Below are positions 1 through 11,642 of a stretch of DNA of 64,000 bases, piece after piece; within the stretch, counting starts at the first letter, position 1, and every line of letters starts with the position of its first letter. The position numbers were made by a program, and so were the translations under genes. Under the pieces are notes generated by a model. That model was not told the origin of the DNA, made no database searches, and was given only the letters and a program-made list of their open reading frames with translations. This stretch comes from Octopus vulgaris (Eukaryota), in contig OX597816.1 in assembly GCA_951406725.2 (NCBI GenBank), positions 6,944,001 to 7,008,000 on the forward strand, in the 5' to 3' direction.

Positions 1-630
1 ATTTTGACAATAATAATAGTTTAAGTACTTTAAAAAAAAAAAAAAAAAAAAAAGATACCAGCTACAAGTTATATCAGATTTATTTTTCTAAAAAATATAG
101 CTAAAAACCCTGATTGTTAACCTTTAAAAAATAAAATGTTTGCCAAATTCCATGGAATTGGTAGTTAACTCCAGATTTACAGAATTAAAAAGATGGAGAA
201 AACAATGAAGGATCCGGAATAAGCTTGAACAGAAAATACATCAGTTGGTGGTATAATACCTTCACCCTCTCAGCCAATTAACCTCTAATTTAATTGATTT
301 TAATGGATTATTGTTTTCATCAATAGATCTACTGACTATCCTGGGCTAAGTGAGATAAAACATCATCATTTAACATCCGCTTTCCATGCTGGCATGGGTT
401 GGATGGGATGATGACAACAGCTGGAAAGCCAGAGAGTTGCACCAGGCTCCAACTGTGTTCTGACATGGTTTCTATACAGCAGGATGCCCTTCCTAATGCC
501 AACCACTTCGGAGAGTGCACAGAGGGCCTTAACATGGTGCCAGCATGGGTGCAAATTTTATGAGACACTAACAGGTGCTTTTTTACTGCAAACTGGTCAG
601 AGCCTAGAAAGGATTGCGTTAACATCTTAC

Positions 631-773
631 CTGCTCTGAGAGCATCAAATCCTGGCGGATCTGTCGGCCAGCTTAGTGTAGGAATTGCAATAGAATCCGA
701 TTCCCGTACATCAAGACCACTAACAGCACGAGCAGTTGTTGATGCTCTTCTCATCATCTCCCGGAGACTGACA
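631..773 (-). CDS. UBR5: UBR5 exon 22 (gene continues beyond the left edge of the window)
   Basis: VSLREMMRRASTTARAVSGLDVRESDSIAIPTLSWPTDPPGFDALRA, matching UBR5 LRLREMMRR...PPSWVPDPP. Acceptor tttaaag|, donor G|GTAAGA. Confidence 0.92.
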
Positions 774-1169
774 CTTTAAAATAGATACAAAAAGAAAATA
801 ATTTTAATTAGGCAACTCACCAGAGAATATGTCTTTAAACATGAAAAACAAAAACAACAAATTGTCCACGGACAAAGAAACAAACATGACTGAAAACAAT
901 ACCTCCACCTTCGCTAAGACAGAGGTAATAATAATAATTTTATTTATTTATTTATTTTTTTTTTTTACTTGTTTCAGTCATTTGACTGCCGCCATGCTGG
1001 AGCACCGCCTTTAGTCGAGCAAATCGACCCCGGGACTTATTCTTTGTAAGCCCAGTGCTTATTCTATCGGTCTCTTTTGCCGAACCGCTAAGTGACGGAG
1101 ACGTAAACACACCAGCGTCGGTTGTCAAGCAATGCTAGGGGACAAACACAGACACACAAACACACACAC

Positions 1170-1200
<31 letters not shown>

Positions 1201-1909
1201 CGACAGGCTGCTTTCAGTTTCCATCTACCAAATCCACTCACAAGGCATTGGTCGGCCCGGGGCTATAGCAGAAGACACTTGCCCAAGATGCCTCGCAGTG
1301 GGACTGAACCCGGAACTATGTGGTTGGTTAGCAAGCTACTTACCACACAGCCACTCCTGCGCTGTAAATTTTGGCAAAAGGTCAGTAATTTCAGGAGGGG
1401 GTGGTGGTGCAGTAACTTGATTGCATCAACCCCAGTAATCAACTGGTACTTATTTTATAAGACCCCAAAGGATGAAAAGTAAAGTCAAACCATGGCAGAA
1501 TTTGAACCCAGGATGTAAAGATGGACAAAATGCTGCTAAACATTTTGCCCAGCTCACTAACAATTCTGTCAGCTCACCCACCTTAATAATAATAATAACA
1601 ACAATAATAATAATAATGGTTTTAAATTTTGACAAAAGACCAAACTTGTACTTCTTTTATAAACCACAAAAGGATGAAAGGTAAAGTCAAACCACGGCAG
1701 AATTTGAACTCAGAATGTAATAGCAGACAAAATGCTTAGCAGCATTTTGTCTGGCATTCTAACGGTTTTGCCAAGCAATAACAGCCAAAGTTATCATCAT
1801 AAATAAAAGAATCTCGGTTGAAATATTTGGCAACGCTTCACCAAGATGTTCACCAAGGAAAGTATTGACACCATAAAGAACAAGAGAATAATTTGCATGT
1901 ATTACGTAC

Positions 1910-2024
1910 CCACGATTTGTAGAGTCTGTCCCCCGAGCCTGAATAGAAGCCAGCGTCTCAACTGCGCTACTGACAGCATTGAATGTATCCAAACATGGGT
2001 TGTAATTTCCCGTGCTTGAAGACT
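1910..2024 (-). CDS. UBR5: UBR5 exon 21
   Basis: (E)SSSTGNYNPCLDTFNAVSSAVETLASIQARGTDSTNR(G). Acceptor ttgcag|, donor |GTACGT. Phase links exons 20 and 22. Confidence 0.87.
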
Positions 2025-2314
2025 CTGCAAAGAAAACAAAAGCAGCACCGTTTTAGACATATTTAAAACAATGTTAACAGGTGGACATTACATTTATAAC
2101 ATCATTTCATTAAGCATGTATATATAACAACATCAACATCATTTAACATCTGTTTCTATGCTGGCATGGGTTGGACGGTTTGACAAGAGCCCTTCCTAAT
2201 GCCAACCACTTTATAGTAATACCATTTGTTGGTGTCCAGTTAGGCCAGCACCTCAAATGAGGCTTTTTCTCTGTAACAAGGGGCTTGTGGGTTTCATTTC
2301 TCATTTATCTAGAC

Positions 2315-2830
2315 CAGTGGTTCCCAATCCTTTTATTTAAATAAGTTTTCCCTCCACAGACCCCTTTTAATATACTTATCCTTATTTATATATATATATA
2401 TATATGTATGTATATGTATCAAAACCAAAATCAAATGGAAATTGTAGTTGGATCCCCATGCTAGTGGCACATAAAAAGCAACATCCAAACGTGGCCAATG
2501 CCTGCTGGTGGTACATAAAAAGCACCAAGCAATCGTGGTCATTGCCAGCCTCCTCTGTTTCCTGTACCGGTGGCATGTAAAAGGCACCCACTGCATTAGT
2601 GGTTGGCGTTAGGAAGGGAATCCAGTTGTGGAAACATTGCCAAATCAGACTGGAGCCTAGAGCAGCATCTTGGCATCCCAGACCCTAGTCAAACCGTCCA
2701 GCCCATGCCAGCATGGAAAGCGGACGTTAAACGATGATAATGATATGAAATTTTGAATTTAGTTCACGGACCCCCAGCACTACCTTTGCAGACAGCAGGG
2801 GTCTACGGATCCCCAGGTTGGGAACCACTG
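2315..2830. mobile_element. hAT-type MITE with a nested RTE 3' fragment
   Basis: TIR CAGTGGTTCCCAA / TTGGGAACCACTG. 8-bp TSD ATCTAGAC / ATCTAGAG (7 of 8 match). Confidence 0.75.
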
Positions 2831-2990
2831 ATCTAGAGTAACTGCCGAGATTTTGAATTCAAGAGTCCCACAGGATACTTAATTTATAAAAAGAGTTTAA
2901 GCAAGAATTCCCAATATGTTGTTATTTTTGCAATAAATAAATCCTTGATTCTGAATTTCTTCCTCTGCCAAAACCAAAGAATAAGATTAC

Positions 2991-3128
2991 CTGATTCACA
3001 GTCTTTATTTGACGATGGGACACAAACTGCAACACAAGTATGGAGGATGTTGCGGCTACCATCACATCTTTCTGTCAACACTTCTTGAACTGTTCTTTGA
3101 CTCTGCTGACTACCACATGAAGTGGAAG
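2991..3128 (-). CDS. UBR5: UBR5 exon 20
   Basis: (A)STSCGSQQSQRTVQEVLTERCDGSRNILHTCVAVCVPSSNKDCES. Acceptor tttcag|, donor G|GTAATC. Confidence 0.93.
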
Positions 3129-4644
3129 CTGAAAAGAAGCAAAATAGAAAAGCACCATCAATAGTTAGGCAATGAAATCTCTTTTCATAAAGAACAACCT
3201 TCCTCATATCATCATCATTCCAATATCTGTTTTCCCATTATTGCATGGATCAGACAAGGAGAATACAAATTGTCTCCCCATGCCTATGATTCTTTATTTT
3301 TTTATTTACAAAAAGAAGGCACGTTGGTATATTGGTAACCACTTGGTTCGATATAGCAAGGCTGAATTTTAACAATTGTAAGATAAACTTCACAACAAAT
3401 TCAGCAGCAACAGAGCAGGTCAAATCCCAAGTGTCTGGGACAGGAGAATAGGCTAATCACACGTTTAAACACGTCCTCTCTCTTCAATAGCCGTGTCTCA
3501 AGTCAACGACGCTAACAAGGAACGCAATAGAATTTTTTCCCCCAATTTACATACAAGTCCATGTGCACATGCACATAAGCACACACACACAAAGGGCTTC
3601 TTCCACTCTATCTACCAATTTCACGTGGAGGCACATGGCCTAGTAGTTAGAGCAGCAGACTCGCGGTCGATGGATCGTACGTTCGAATCTCAGACCGGGC
3701 GATGTGTGTGTTTATGAGCGAAACACCTAAGCTCCATGCGGCTCCGGCAGAAGGTAATGGCAAAACTTCTGCTGACTCTTTCGCCACATCTTTCCTCCTG
3801 CATCTTGTAGCTCACCTGCGACGGACCGGCGTCCTGTCCAGGTGGGGAACCTATACGCCAAGGAAACCGGCCCTATGAGCTAGGCGTGGCTCAAGAAGGC
3901 ACAAAAATCAAAACCAAATTCACCCCTCACAGCTACAGTAGAGGGCACGACCTGACAGGGTATGGTTGTAGTAACTAAGATTCCAAAACCATAACCAGAA
4001 AATTGTCCTGATGCTTTTGTCAACAGAAGGAATCTGAGTTATTTACTTTTGGGGTTAGGCTCACAAGTAAATGTTGTGAAACATTAATTTGGCACCTTTT
4101 TTTATTTGCACACTCTCACAAACCTACCCAGCCAATCATCCTCGATTCTCTGCCCCTATTCTTTGTCCATTTTCTTGTATGTTAAGGGTATGCCCTGATA
4201 CCACATCTCCACCATTCTTTTTTCCCCTTTCCCCTACAGCAACACTTGTTCCTGTCCCCTCCATCTTACTTCAACCTCTCAACATCTGCCACAAAGCTAT
4301 CTCTCTCAAAAGTACCCCAGCACACACTCAACTGAGGGGTCTCATCTTTCAAGTTACTCAATCTTATTTTTGCCAATCCATGAAAATACAAACCCAGTAC
4401 AGTCTATTGTATTGGTGTGGTGTTAGGAAAGATATTTTATCGTTTTCTACTGTTTTTTTGTACTGATTATTTTTAACAAAATCACAATTTCTCCCAATTA
4501 TTTCTTCACTTGGAATGTAATCTTCCAAAGAATTTACACACAAAAAAAAAAAAAGGAAAATGGTCAGGTTTTTTTTTTTAAATACTACAGAAAAATAAAT
4601 TACTCAAGAAGAGAGGTTTTACATTTGTTCAGACTGTAACTTAC

Positions 4645-4729
4645 CATTATGTTCTGGCTCCATGGAACTCATAATAGTTCTAACCTTCTCCAAATCACAT
4701 CGAAGAATATGGGGAATTAGCATTTGATG
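4645..4729 (-). CDS. UBR5: UBR5 exon 19
   Basis: HQMLIPHILRCDLEKVRTIMSSMEPEHN. Acceptor ttgtag|, donor G|GTAAGT. Confidence 0.93.
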
Positions 4730-5149
4730 CTACAAAAGAGAAGATTTAAGAAAAACTGTAATAATATATAAATATATACAAGAATTTAACATTATCTTCA
4801 ATCACATATTTTTGTTATACATCTTGTTGCACAAACAACTCTTATTTTCACAAATAATCTAAACCTCTTCCCCAAAACGATGGACCATCTTCAAAAATGA
4901 TCCCAAGTAGTATAATATATATATATATAGTGTGTGTATAGAATATGAAGGGTTTAGTTCAGTGGTGATCTAAATGGATACACTAAGTAAGTGCTATAAC
5001 TGGCCATCCGTTAGGTTCAAAGTTCACAGCTGAGGCTGGAGCTAGGGATCCATATTAGGGTTCTGTATTAGAGGAAAAGGACAACAGAAACCAAGGCAGG
5101 ACGAGTATCTCAAGTCATTTAGAATAATTTAGGGCAAGGTGAATTTGAT

Positions 5150-5226
5150 GTCTTACAGCTGTTTCTAGGATGTCTCAAGTGATAGGCTAGCATGTCCGTA
5201 CACTTGGGTATTCTGTCATCAGAGAC
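5150..5226 (-). ncRNA. Hammerhead motif with long stem II, GUA site
   Basis: Minus strand GTCT-CTGATGA-[cagaatacccaagtg...cacttgagacatccta]-GAAA-CAGCTG-TA^-AGAC. Palindromic stem III ACAGCTGT; stem II is imperfect. Confidence 0.65.
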
Positions 5227-6400
5227 GAAGTATATATATGAAAGTTCCAGACAGGGAAATTTAATTTATAGATATATATATATATATATATTCTTTTATT
5301 TGTTTGTCATTTGACTGCAGCCATGCTGGAGCACTGCCTTTAATCAAACAAACTGCCCCCAGGACTTATTCTATTAGTCTCTTTTGCTGAGGTGCTAAGT
5401 TACAAGGAAGCAAACACACCAACATCAGTTGTTAAGCAATGTTGGTGGGGGGGGGGGACAGACACACAAACATATATCATATACACAGCAGGCTTCTTTC
5501 AGTTTCCATCTACCAAATCCACTCAAGGCTTTGGTTGGCCTGAGGCTATAGTAGAAGACACTTGCCCAAGGTGCCATGCAGTGGGACTGAACCTGAAACC
5601 ATGTGGTTAGGAAGCAAGCTTCCTACCACACAGCCATGGTGGGGCACCACTTGAATTGTTTTTTAATCGAATTGACCCCAGTACTTTCTTTTTTATGTCT
5701 GATACTTATTCTATTGGTCTCATTTTGCTAAACTGCTAAGTTACAGGGACATAGACAAACCAATACCAGTTGTTAACCACCAGTTAACAACTGGTGGTGG
5801 TGGACAGACAAATATACACACAATGGGCTTCTTTCAGTTTCCATCTACCATCTCCACTCACAAGGCTTTGGTCAGCCTGAGGCTACAGTAGAAAACACTC
5901 AGCTAAGGTGCCTTGCAGTGGGACTGAACTCAGAACTCTATGGTTGAGAAGCAATCTTCTTAACACACAACCATATATTTACACATGTCTATTTAATGAC
6001 TAAAAATATAGATATAAAATATATAGTATACAAGTAGTATAAAAATGGGCAGCAGAGATTTTGGCACCACCACTCTTGGTGCTGCCTATTTGACATTTCT
6101 AATCCAACACTGTCTTATGCCACATCAAACGGTCTAATCTTTTTATTGTTTTCTCTCTTTCTCAGTGTGTGTGTGTGTATATGTGTGTGCGTGCGTGTGT
6201 GCACGCATGCGCATGTGTGTCGTCTTCCTGTGCCAAAACAGGTCAAATGTCCAACCAGCCATGCCAAATTGTCGGCTTCCATACATCAGCACCCAATCAT
6301 CTCAAACCAGCATAAAATATATATAAAAAATGCATAATACATATAAAAAGAAATATACAATAAATAGAATTAAAAGCTCTAAAAAACTGTGTGGTGTTAC

Positions 6401-6592
6401 CTCTACAGCTAAGACAATGATCACAGCTTTGTTCTTCATATTACTGGCTACATTGGAAAGACACTGGGCTCGGACACTGAGGCAACGCACAGGTGGGAGG
6501 TCAAGCCACAATGGATCACGTATGCCGTCAGTGCAATCTTTGGCCAGAGGATAAATAGCTCCACAACCATCACGTAACAAAACTGGAGATTC
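6401..6592 (-). CDS. UBR5: UBR5 exon 18
   Basis: ESPVLLRDGCGAIYPLAKDCTDGIRDPLWLDLPPVRCLSVRAQCLSNVASNMKNKAVIIVLAVE. Acceptor ttctag|, donor |GTAACA. Confidence 0.95.
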
Positions 6593-6844
6593 CTAGAAAA
6601 TATTAAAATAATGTAAAAATGCTGTAAAACAAAAAGTTCCATATTGAAAGAAAAATCTGTTACCTGTAGAGGAGAAATATTGACTTACAAGTAGAAAAAT
6701 AGAGTTGCATATAGGACACAGGACTGTACCATTTTCTTACCTTAATAATGTGATGTTGAAATCTATTGTTCCCTTATAGTAAATGAGAATGTCTTAATAC
6801 TATGTTTTATAAACCAGATATATGTGTCCCTGAATCAAAATACT

Positions 6845-7073
6845 TTAATCCTTTCATTACCGAGTATATTTTGAGATGCTCTGTATTTCTTCCAATTAAT
6901 TTTAAATATAACAAAGAATTTAGTAAAATAACTTAGTTATTATTCAGCTAGTGTTAGGAACATAAATTGTGGCTAATGCTTGGTGGAAGATTTTAATTCA
7001 AAACTTATGAAAACAAGACATTTGTACTCAGAACTAGAGGTGGTTTCAGCCAGGTTGGTAATGAAAGGGTTAA
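6845..7073. mobile_element. piggyBac-type MITE (about 225 bp)
   Basis: TTAA-flanked TIRs (T/C)CCTTTCATTACC / GGTAATGAAAGGG. Four related copies in the window. Confidence 0.75.
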
Positions 7074-7090
7074 AAATATCATGGTGACAT

Positions 7091-7673
7091 TAACCCTTTT
7101 GCTACCATATTTCTTTTGAGATGCTCTGTTTCTTACAATTAATTTTAAATATAACAAAGAATTTAGTAAAATAATTTAGTTATTAGGAACGTAAAATGTA
7201 CATTATTTACATTGGGTGGATATGTGTTCTCATCTTGTTTGTTGTTACCACAACATTTCAGCTGATGTACTCTCCAGCCTTCATCAGGTGTCCTGGTGGA
7301 ATTTTGAACCAAGATCTGGCCTCTCATTCCTAAGGTATATTTTGATATTATTACTATTTATTCAAGGCACTGCCTGGAATTGAACTCCGAATAAAAAAAC
7401 CTTAGGAATGAGAACTCCGGGTTGGGTTCAAATCCACCAGGACACCTGATGAAGGCTGGAGAGTAGATGTGCCAAAACATTGTGGTAACAACAAACAAGA
7501 TGAAGACATATCCGTCCAATGTAACTAATGTACAGAATTCTCTAAAATATATAACACAACATAAATTGTGACTAAGGCATGGTGGAAGATTTTAATTCAA
7601 AACTTATCAAAACAAGACATTTGTACAACAGAGCCAGAGGTGGTTTTAGCCAGGTTGGTATTGAAAGGGTTAA
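7091..7673. mobile_element. Same MITE, interrupted by a hammerhead element
   Basis: TTAACCCTTT ... AAAGGGTTAA. The internal sequence is colinear with the 6845 copy once 7200-7557 is removed. Confidence 0.75.
7200..7557. mobile_element. Degenerate inverted hammerhead element (28737 family) nested in a piggyBac-type MITE
   Basis: Inverted arms with TCATCAGGTGTC / GACACCTGATGA and a tRNA-head remnant at 7350-7390. Imperfect TSD AACGTAAAATGT / AACATAAATTGT. Confidence 0.7.
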
Positions 7674-8276
7674 AAGACTGGAAAATCCTAATATATCCAA
7701 CGAGACATTTTTTCATAACTGAGAAAGAAATGATTATGCCTGTAGACTAAAACTGCGTTTCTATTGAAGATGTGAAGAAGTAATATTGTTGTAGTGATAC
7801 AAGAACACACAGCAAAGAATAGGATTTTCACAGCATGAAGAACTGAACATGATGTTTGATAAGGGGCACAGATGGAGTCGATAGTGTCAGTGATTGGTCA
7901 GAAGTTCACCACCTGAACTCACTCAAATTCAGACTGTGTCCAGAAACAATCCAATCAACACCAGTAAACTAGGACAAGTCTTTTGTCTCTATTGAGTCTT
8001 TTAGTTTATTTAGTGCCAGAGATCTCAATATGATTGCTGGGCACCAGTTCCCAATTTATTCTTTCACATTTCTTCAGAATTGTTAAATTTTTAGACTTGG
8101 TGTCTCTCTTTTTAGTTTTAAATGAAATTTTATTGAGCGAAACAAGACAAACTTCATTTCCTTGACGTAAACTTATGATTGCATATCACACACACTCTGT
8201 TGTCTTCTCTAAACATGAAAGTTATGTTCCTCTTCCCAAAATCCTTTAAAACAATTAATATTGCTTGCATATTTAC

Positions 8277-8431
8277 CTCACCACTGTTATGCAGAGTAAT
8301 TGGTCGGTCGAAATTGCCAAGGAAAGACTGGGTGTCGGTTGGAAAAGGGCTGTTTTGTTCTACTTTACCAGAACTAAGATTGTAAACCATATAACTGAGA
8401 CGGGCTCCACATCGAGCAATCACATGAATGC
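8277..8431 (-). CDS. UBR5: UBR5 exon 17
   Basis: IHVIARCGARLSYMVYNLSSGKVEQNSPFPTDTQSFLGNFDRPITLHNSGE. Acceptor ttccag|, donor |GTAAAT. Confidence 0.93.
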
Positions 8432-9939
8432 CTGGAAATAGAAATAAACACCATAAGCAATTGGCTGCCCAACGACCTTTTGTGTGTTAGATGAGAAAAA
8501 ATACAAAGACGACCAAATGGCTGTTAATCACTGAAGCCCTGATCACAAGATATCTTGTAATAACCCAAATATTCATTGACAATGAGATAATTTGTACCAG
8601 TAAAAAAAAAAAAAAAATTAAAACACAGTCCAGAGATATCTTGTGGTTTTATCCTTCCTTATACACCGTATTTATTTAGATGCTGGATTTTTTTTTTTAG
8701 TTTTACTGAAAATTTCTCGCACATAAAAAAAAGCACCCACTACACTCTTGGAGTGGTTGGCGTTAGGAAGAGCATCCAGCTGTAGAAACTTTGCCAGTCA
8801 GATTGGAGCCCGGTGTGGGCCCCTGGCTCTCCAGACCTCAGTCAAACTGCTCAACCCATGCCAGCATGGAAAACAGACATTAAACAATGATCTGAATGCA
8901 TTTCCAAGCATGTTGGAGATGGGTCGTATTTTTTGCCCTTGCTCCTTTAATACAATTATTATCATCATCATCGTTTAACATCAGCTTTCCATGCTGGCAT
9001 GGGTTGAACGGTTCAACTGGGGTCTGGGAAGCCAGAAGGCTGCACCAGACCCAGTTTGATCTGGCAATGTTTCTACAGCTGGATGCCCTTCCTAACGCCA
9101 ACCACTCCGTGAGTGTAGTGGGTGCTTTTTACGTGCCACCGGTACAGGTGTTGCCAGACGAGGCTGGCAAACGGCCACGTTCGGATGGTTCTCTTACATG
9201 CCACCGGCACTGGTATCACAGCTACAAATTCCATTGATGTTGATAGATTACGATTTTGATTTTAACAAAATTGACTTCAGTACTTATATCCAGTTTTTTT
9301 TATTGGTTGTTAGGTGGGGGATGAGCAAGACCATCTTCCCATTGAGGAATGGGTAGAACAGAATTACAGGTGGATTTTCTACAGCCATCCTGCCTTTCAC
9401 CAGTCTTCACTTATTTCCCCATAGCTAAGATGAATTTTCACAAGAGATTGGAAATGGACACTGCTAGCATAACAGTGACATTTACAGGCATGAAACACCA
9501 TGACTAGTCTCTCTAGTCTCAAGGCTTTGAGTGGTCCAAGGCTATAATAGAAAAAATAATGACGGTCTGAACCCACACTGGTTGCAAATTTAGCTGAACA
9601 CAGCAGCATCTGCACTTAAAACTTCATGCAATAGTTGCAAGTAAATCATTTTCTGCATGATCAAAGATACCATTATTTAATTGACACGTCCTTATAGAAC
9701 ACAAGGTGAAAAATTTTAGAATTAAAAATTGTATCACTTAAGGGAAAGTTGTAGTGTCCAGTATCAAAGAACTACAAGGCAAAAAAGTGACCGATTATTA
9801 TACCAGTCCAAGATTGCTTCTGGTCAAGGATAACCCAAGCAACATCGAAATTGAAACTGGCAATATGCAGACCTCATTTTAGTGGAAAAAATCTCAAACT
9901 TACTTATTTTATTTATATATATATATATTTATATATATA

Positions 9940-10308
9940 GGCACAGGAGTGGCTGTGTGGTAAGTAGCTTGCTCACCAACCACATGGTTCCGGGTTCAGT
10001 CCCACTGCGTGGCACCCTGGGCAAGTGTCTTCTACTATAGCCCCGGGCCGACCAATGCCCTGCGAGTGGATTTGGTAGACGGAAACTGAAAGAAGCCTGT
10101 CGTATATATGTGTGTGTGTGTCTGTCCCTCTAACATTGCTTGACAACCGATGCTGGTGTGTTTACATCCCCATCACTTAGCGGTTCGGCAAAAAGAGACT
10201 GATAGAATAAGTACTGGGCTTACAAAGAATAAGTCTCGGGGTCAATTTGCTCAACTAAAGGCGGTGCTCCAGCATGGCCACAGTCAAATGACTGAAACAA
10301 GTAAAAGA
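9940..10308 (+). mobile_element. tRNA-derived SINE family A (representative copy)
   Basis: Head GGAGTGGCTGTGTGGTAAG (box A) ... GGTTCAGTCCC (box B), a central TA/TG microsatellite, and tail TGACTGAAACAAGTAAAA. Other copies at about 963-1362(-), 5293-5637(-), 37452-37829(-), 42975-43363(-), 43745-44078(+), 55205-55765(-) and 57100-57456(-). Confidence 0.85.
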
Positions 10309-10522
10309 GTATATATATATATATATAAATAAATAAATGGCAGGCTTCTTTCAGTTTCTATCAACCAATTCCACTCAGAAGGCTTTGGTTGGCCCAAGGT
10401 GTCACACGGTGGAACCAAACTTGGGACCATAAGGTCGGGAAGTATACTTCTTAACCACACAGCCATTGCCTGTGTGTAAAATAGTTGAAAAGACAAAAAA
10501 AGGGAGAACTTGAAAGTTGTAC

Positions 10523-10634
10523 CTTCACAATCCACAGCAACAGCTAAAATCTGTCCATTTTCAACAATGGTCACTTTCTTAGGAATCTTCTGAAAGCAGT
10601 CTGGTATCCGAGGAGCGCTTGATCCTCTGAGTAC
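10523..10634 (-). CDS. UBR5: UBR5 exon 16
   Basis: VLRGSSAPRIPDCFQKIPKKVTIVENGQILAVAVDCE(G). Acceptor cgtag|, donor G|GTACAA. Confidence 0.93.
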
Positions 10635-10679
10635 CTACGAGAATAAGAAGGAAATCATTTTTTTTAATCAGCCAAAATT

Positions 10680-10850
10680 GAGAGAGGGGAGGAGAGAGGA
10701 GAGAGAGAGACAAAAGAGAGGAGAGAGGAGAGAGAGAGACAAAAGAGAGGAGAGAGAGAGACAAAAGAGAGGAGAGATACGAGAGGAGAGAGAGAAGAGA
10801 GAGAGAAGGGAGAGAGAAGAGAGAGAGAAGAGAGAGAGAAGAGAGAGAGA

Positions 10851-10896
<46 letters not shown>

Positions 10897-10946
10897 AGAG
10901 AGAAGAGAGAAGAGAGAGAGAGAAGAGAGAGAGAAGGGGGGAGGAG
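10680..10946 (+). repeat. (GA)-rich polypurine tract
   Basis: About 265 nt of almost pure A/G, just upstream (in transcript sense) of the exon 16 acceptor. Confidence 0.95.
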
Positions 10947-11264
10947 GCAGCTATTTTCTAGCAGCACTTTTATTAATATTTTCAATTTTGAAGTATCATG
11001 TTCAGGGAAAAAACTGAAAAATAACAGACATGACTTGCATAATTGATCCCATCAAGTAAATTTCACTAAAATGAGAAATATTAATTTGATAAACAATCAC
11101 TGTATGAAATAATTTCTATCCTCTAATTTCTTTAATAATGAAAGATATTCCAGACAGAAAAACTGTAAATGTAGAAGCCAGGAGGGAGTCACCTTGATAA
11201 TCTTAAATACTCTACGTACAATCAGTTCAGGTTTTACAAGTGTTTTGGTTTCTTAATTTCATAA

Positions 11265-11642
11265 TCGTGACACTCCGTCGGTTACGACGACAAGGGTTCC
11301 AGTTGATCCGATCAACAGAACAGCCTACTTGTGAAATTAACATGCAAGTGGCTGAGCACTCCACAGACACGTGTACCCTTAACGAAATTCTTGGGGGAGA
11401 TTCAGTGTGACAGAGTGTGACAAGGCTGGCCCCTTTCAAATACAGGTACAACAGAAACAGGAAGAAAGAGTGAAAGAAAGTTTTGGTGAGAGAGTACAGA
11501 AGGGTTCACCACCAATCCCTGCCGGAGCCTCATGGAGCTTTTAGGTGTTTTCACTCAAACACTCACAACGTCCAGTCTGGGAATCGAAACCACGATCCTA
11601 CAACCATGAGTTCGCTGCCCTAACCACTGGGCCATTGCGCCC
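11265..11642 (-). mobile_element. tRNA-derived SINE family F
   Basis: Head GGCGCAATGGCCCAGTGGTTAGGGCAG...GGTTTCGATTCCCAGAC. Copies at about 33405-33766(-), 31340-31627(-, different 3' part) and 3625-3900(+, related head), plus a 3' fragment at about 44763-44930(+). Confidence 0.8.

Noticed and set aside
180-290. Possible further UBR5 exon near the left edge
   Set aside because: No clear splice sites or recognisable UBR5 peptide. The next exon probably lies outside the window.
10668-11046. Arg/Glu-rich and Leu/Ser-rich ORFs
   Set aside because: Translations of the (GA)n tract.
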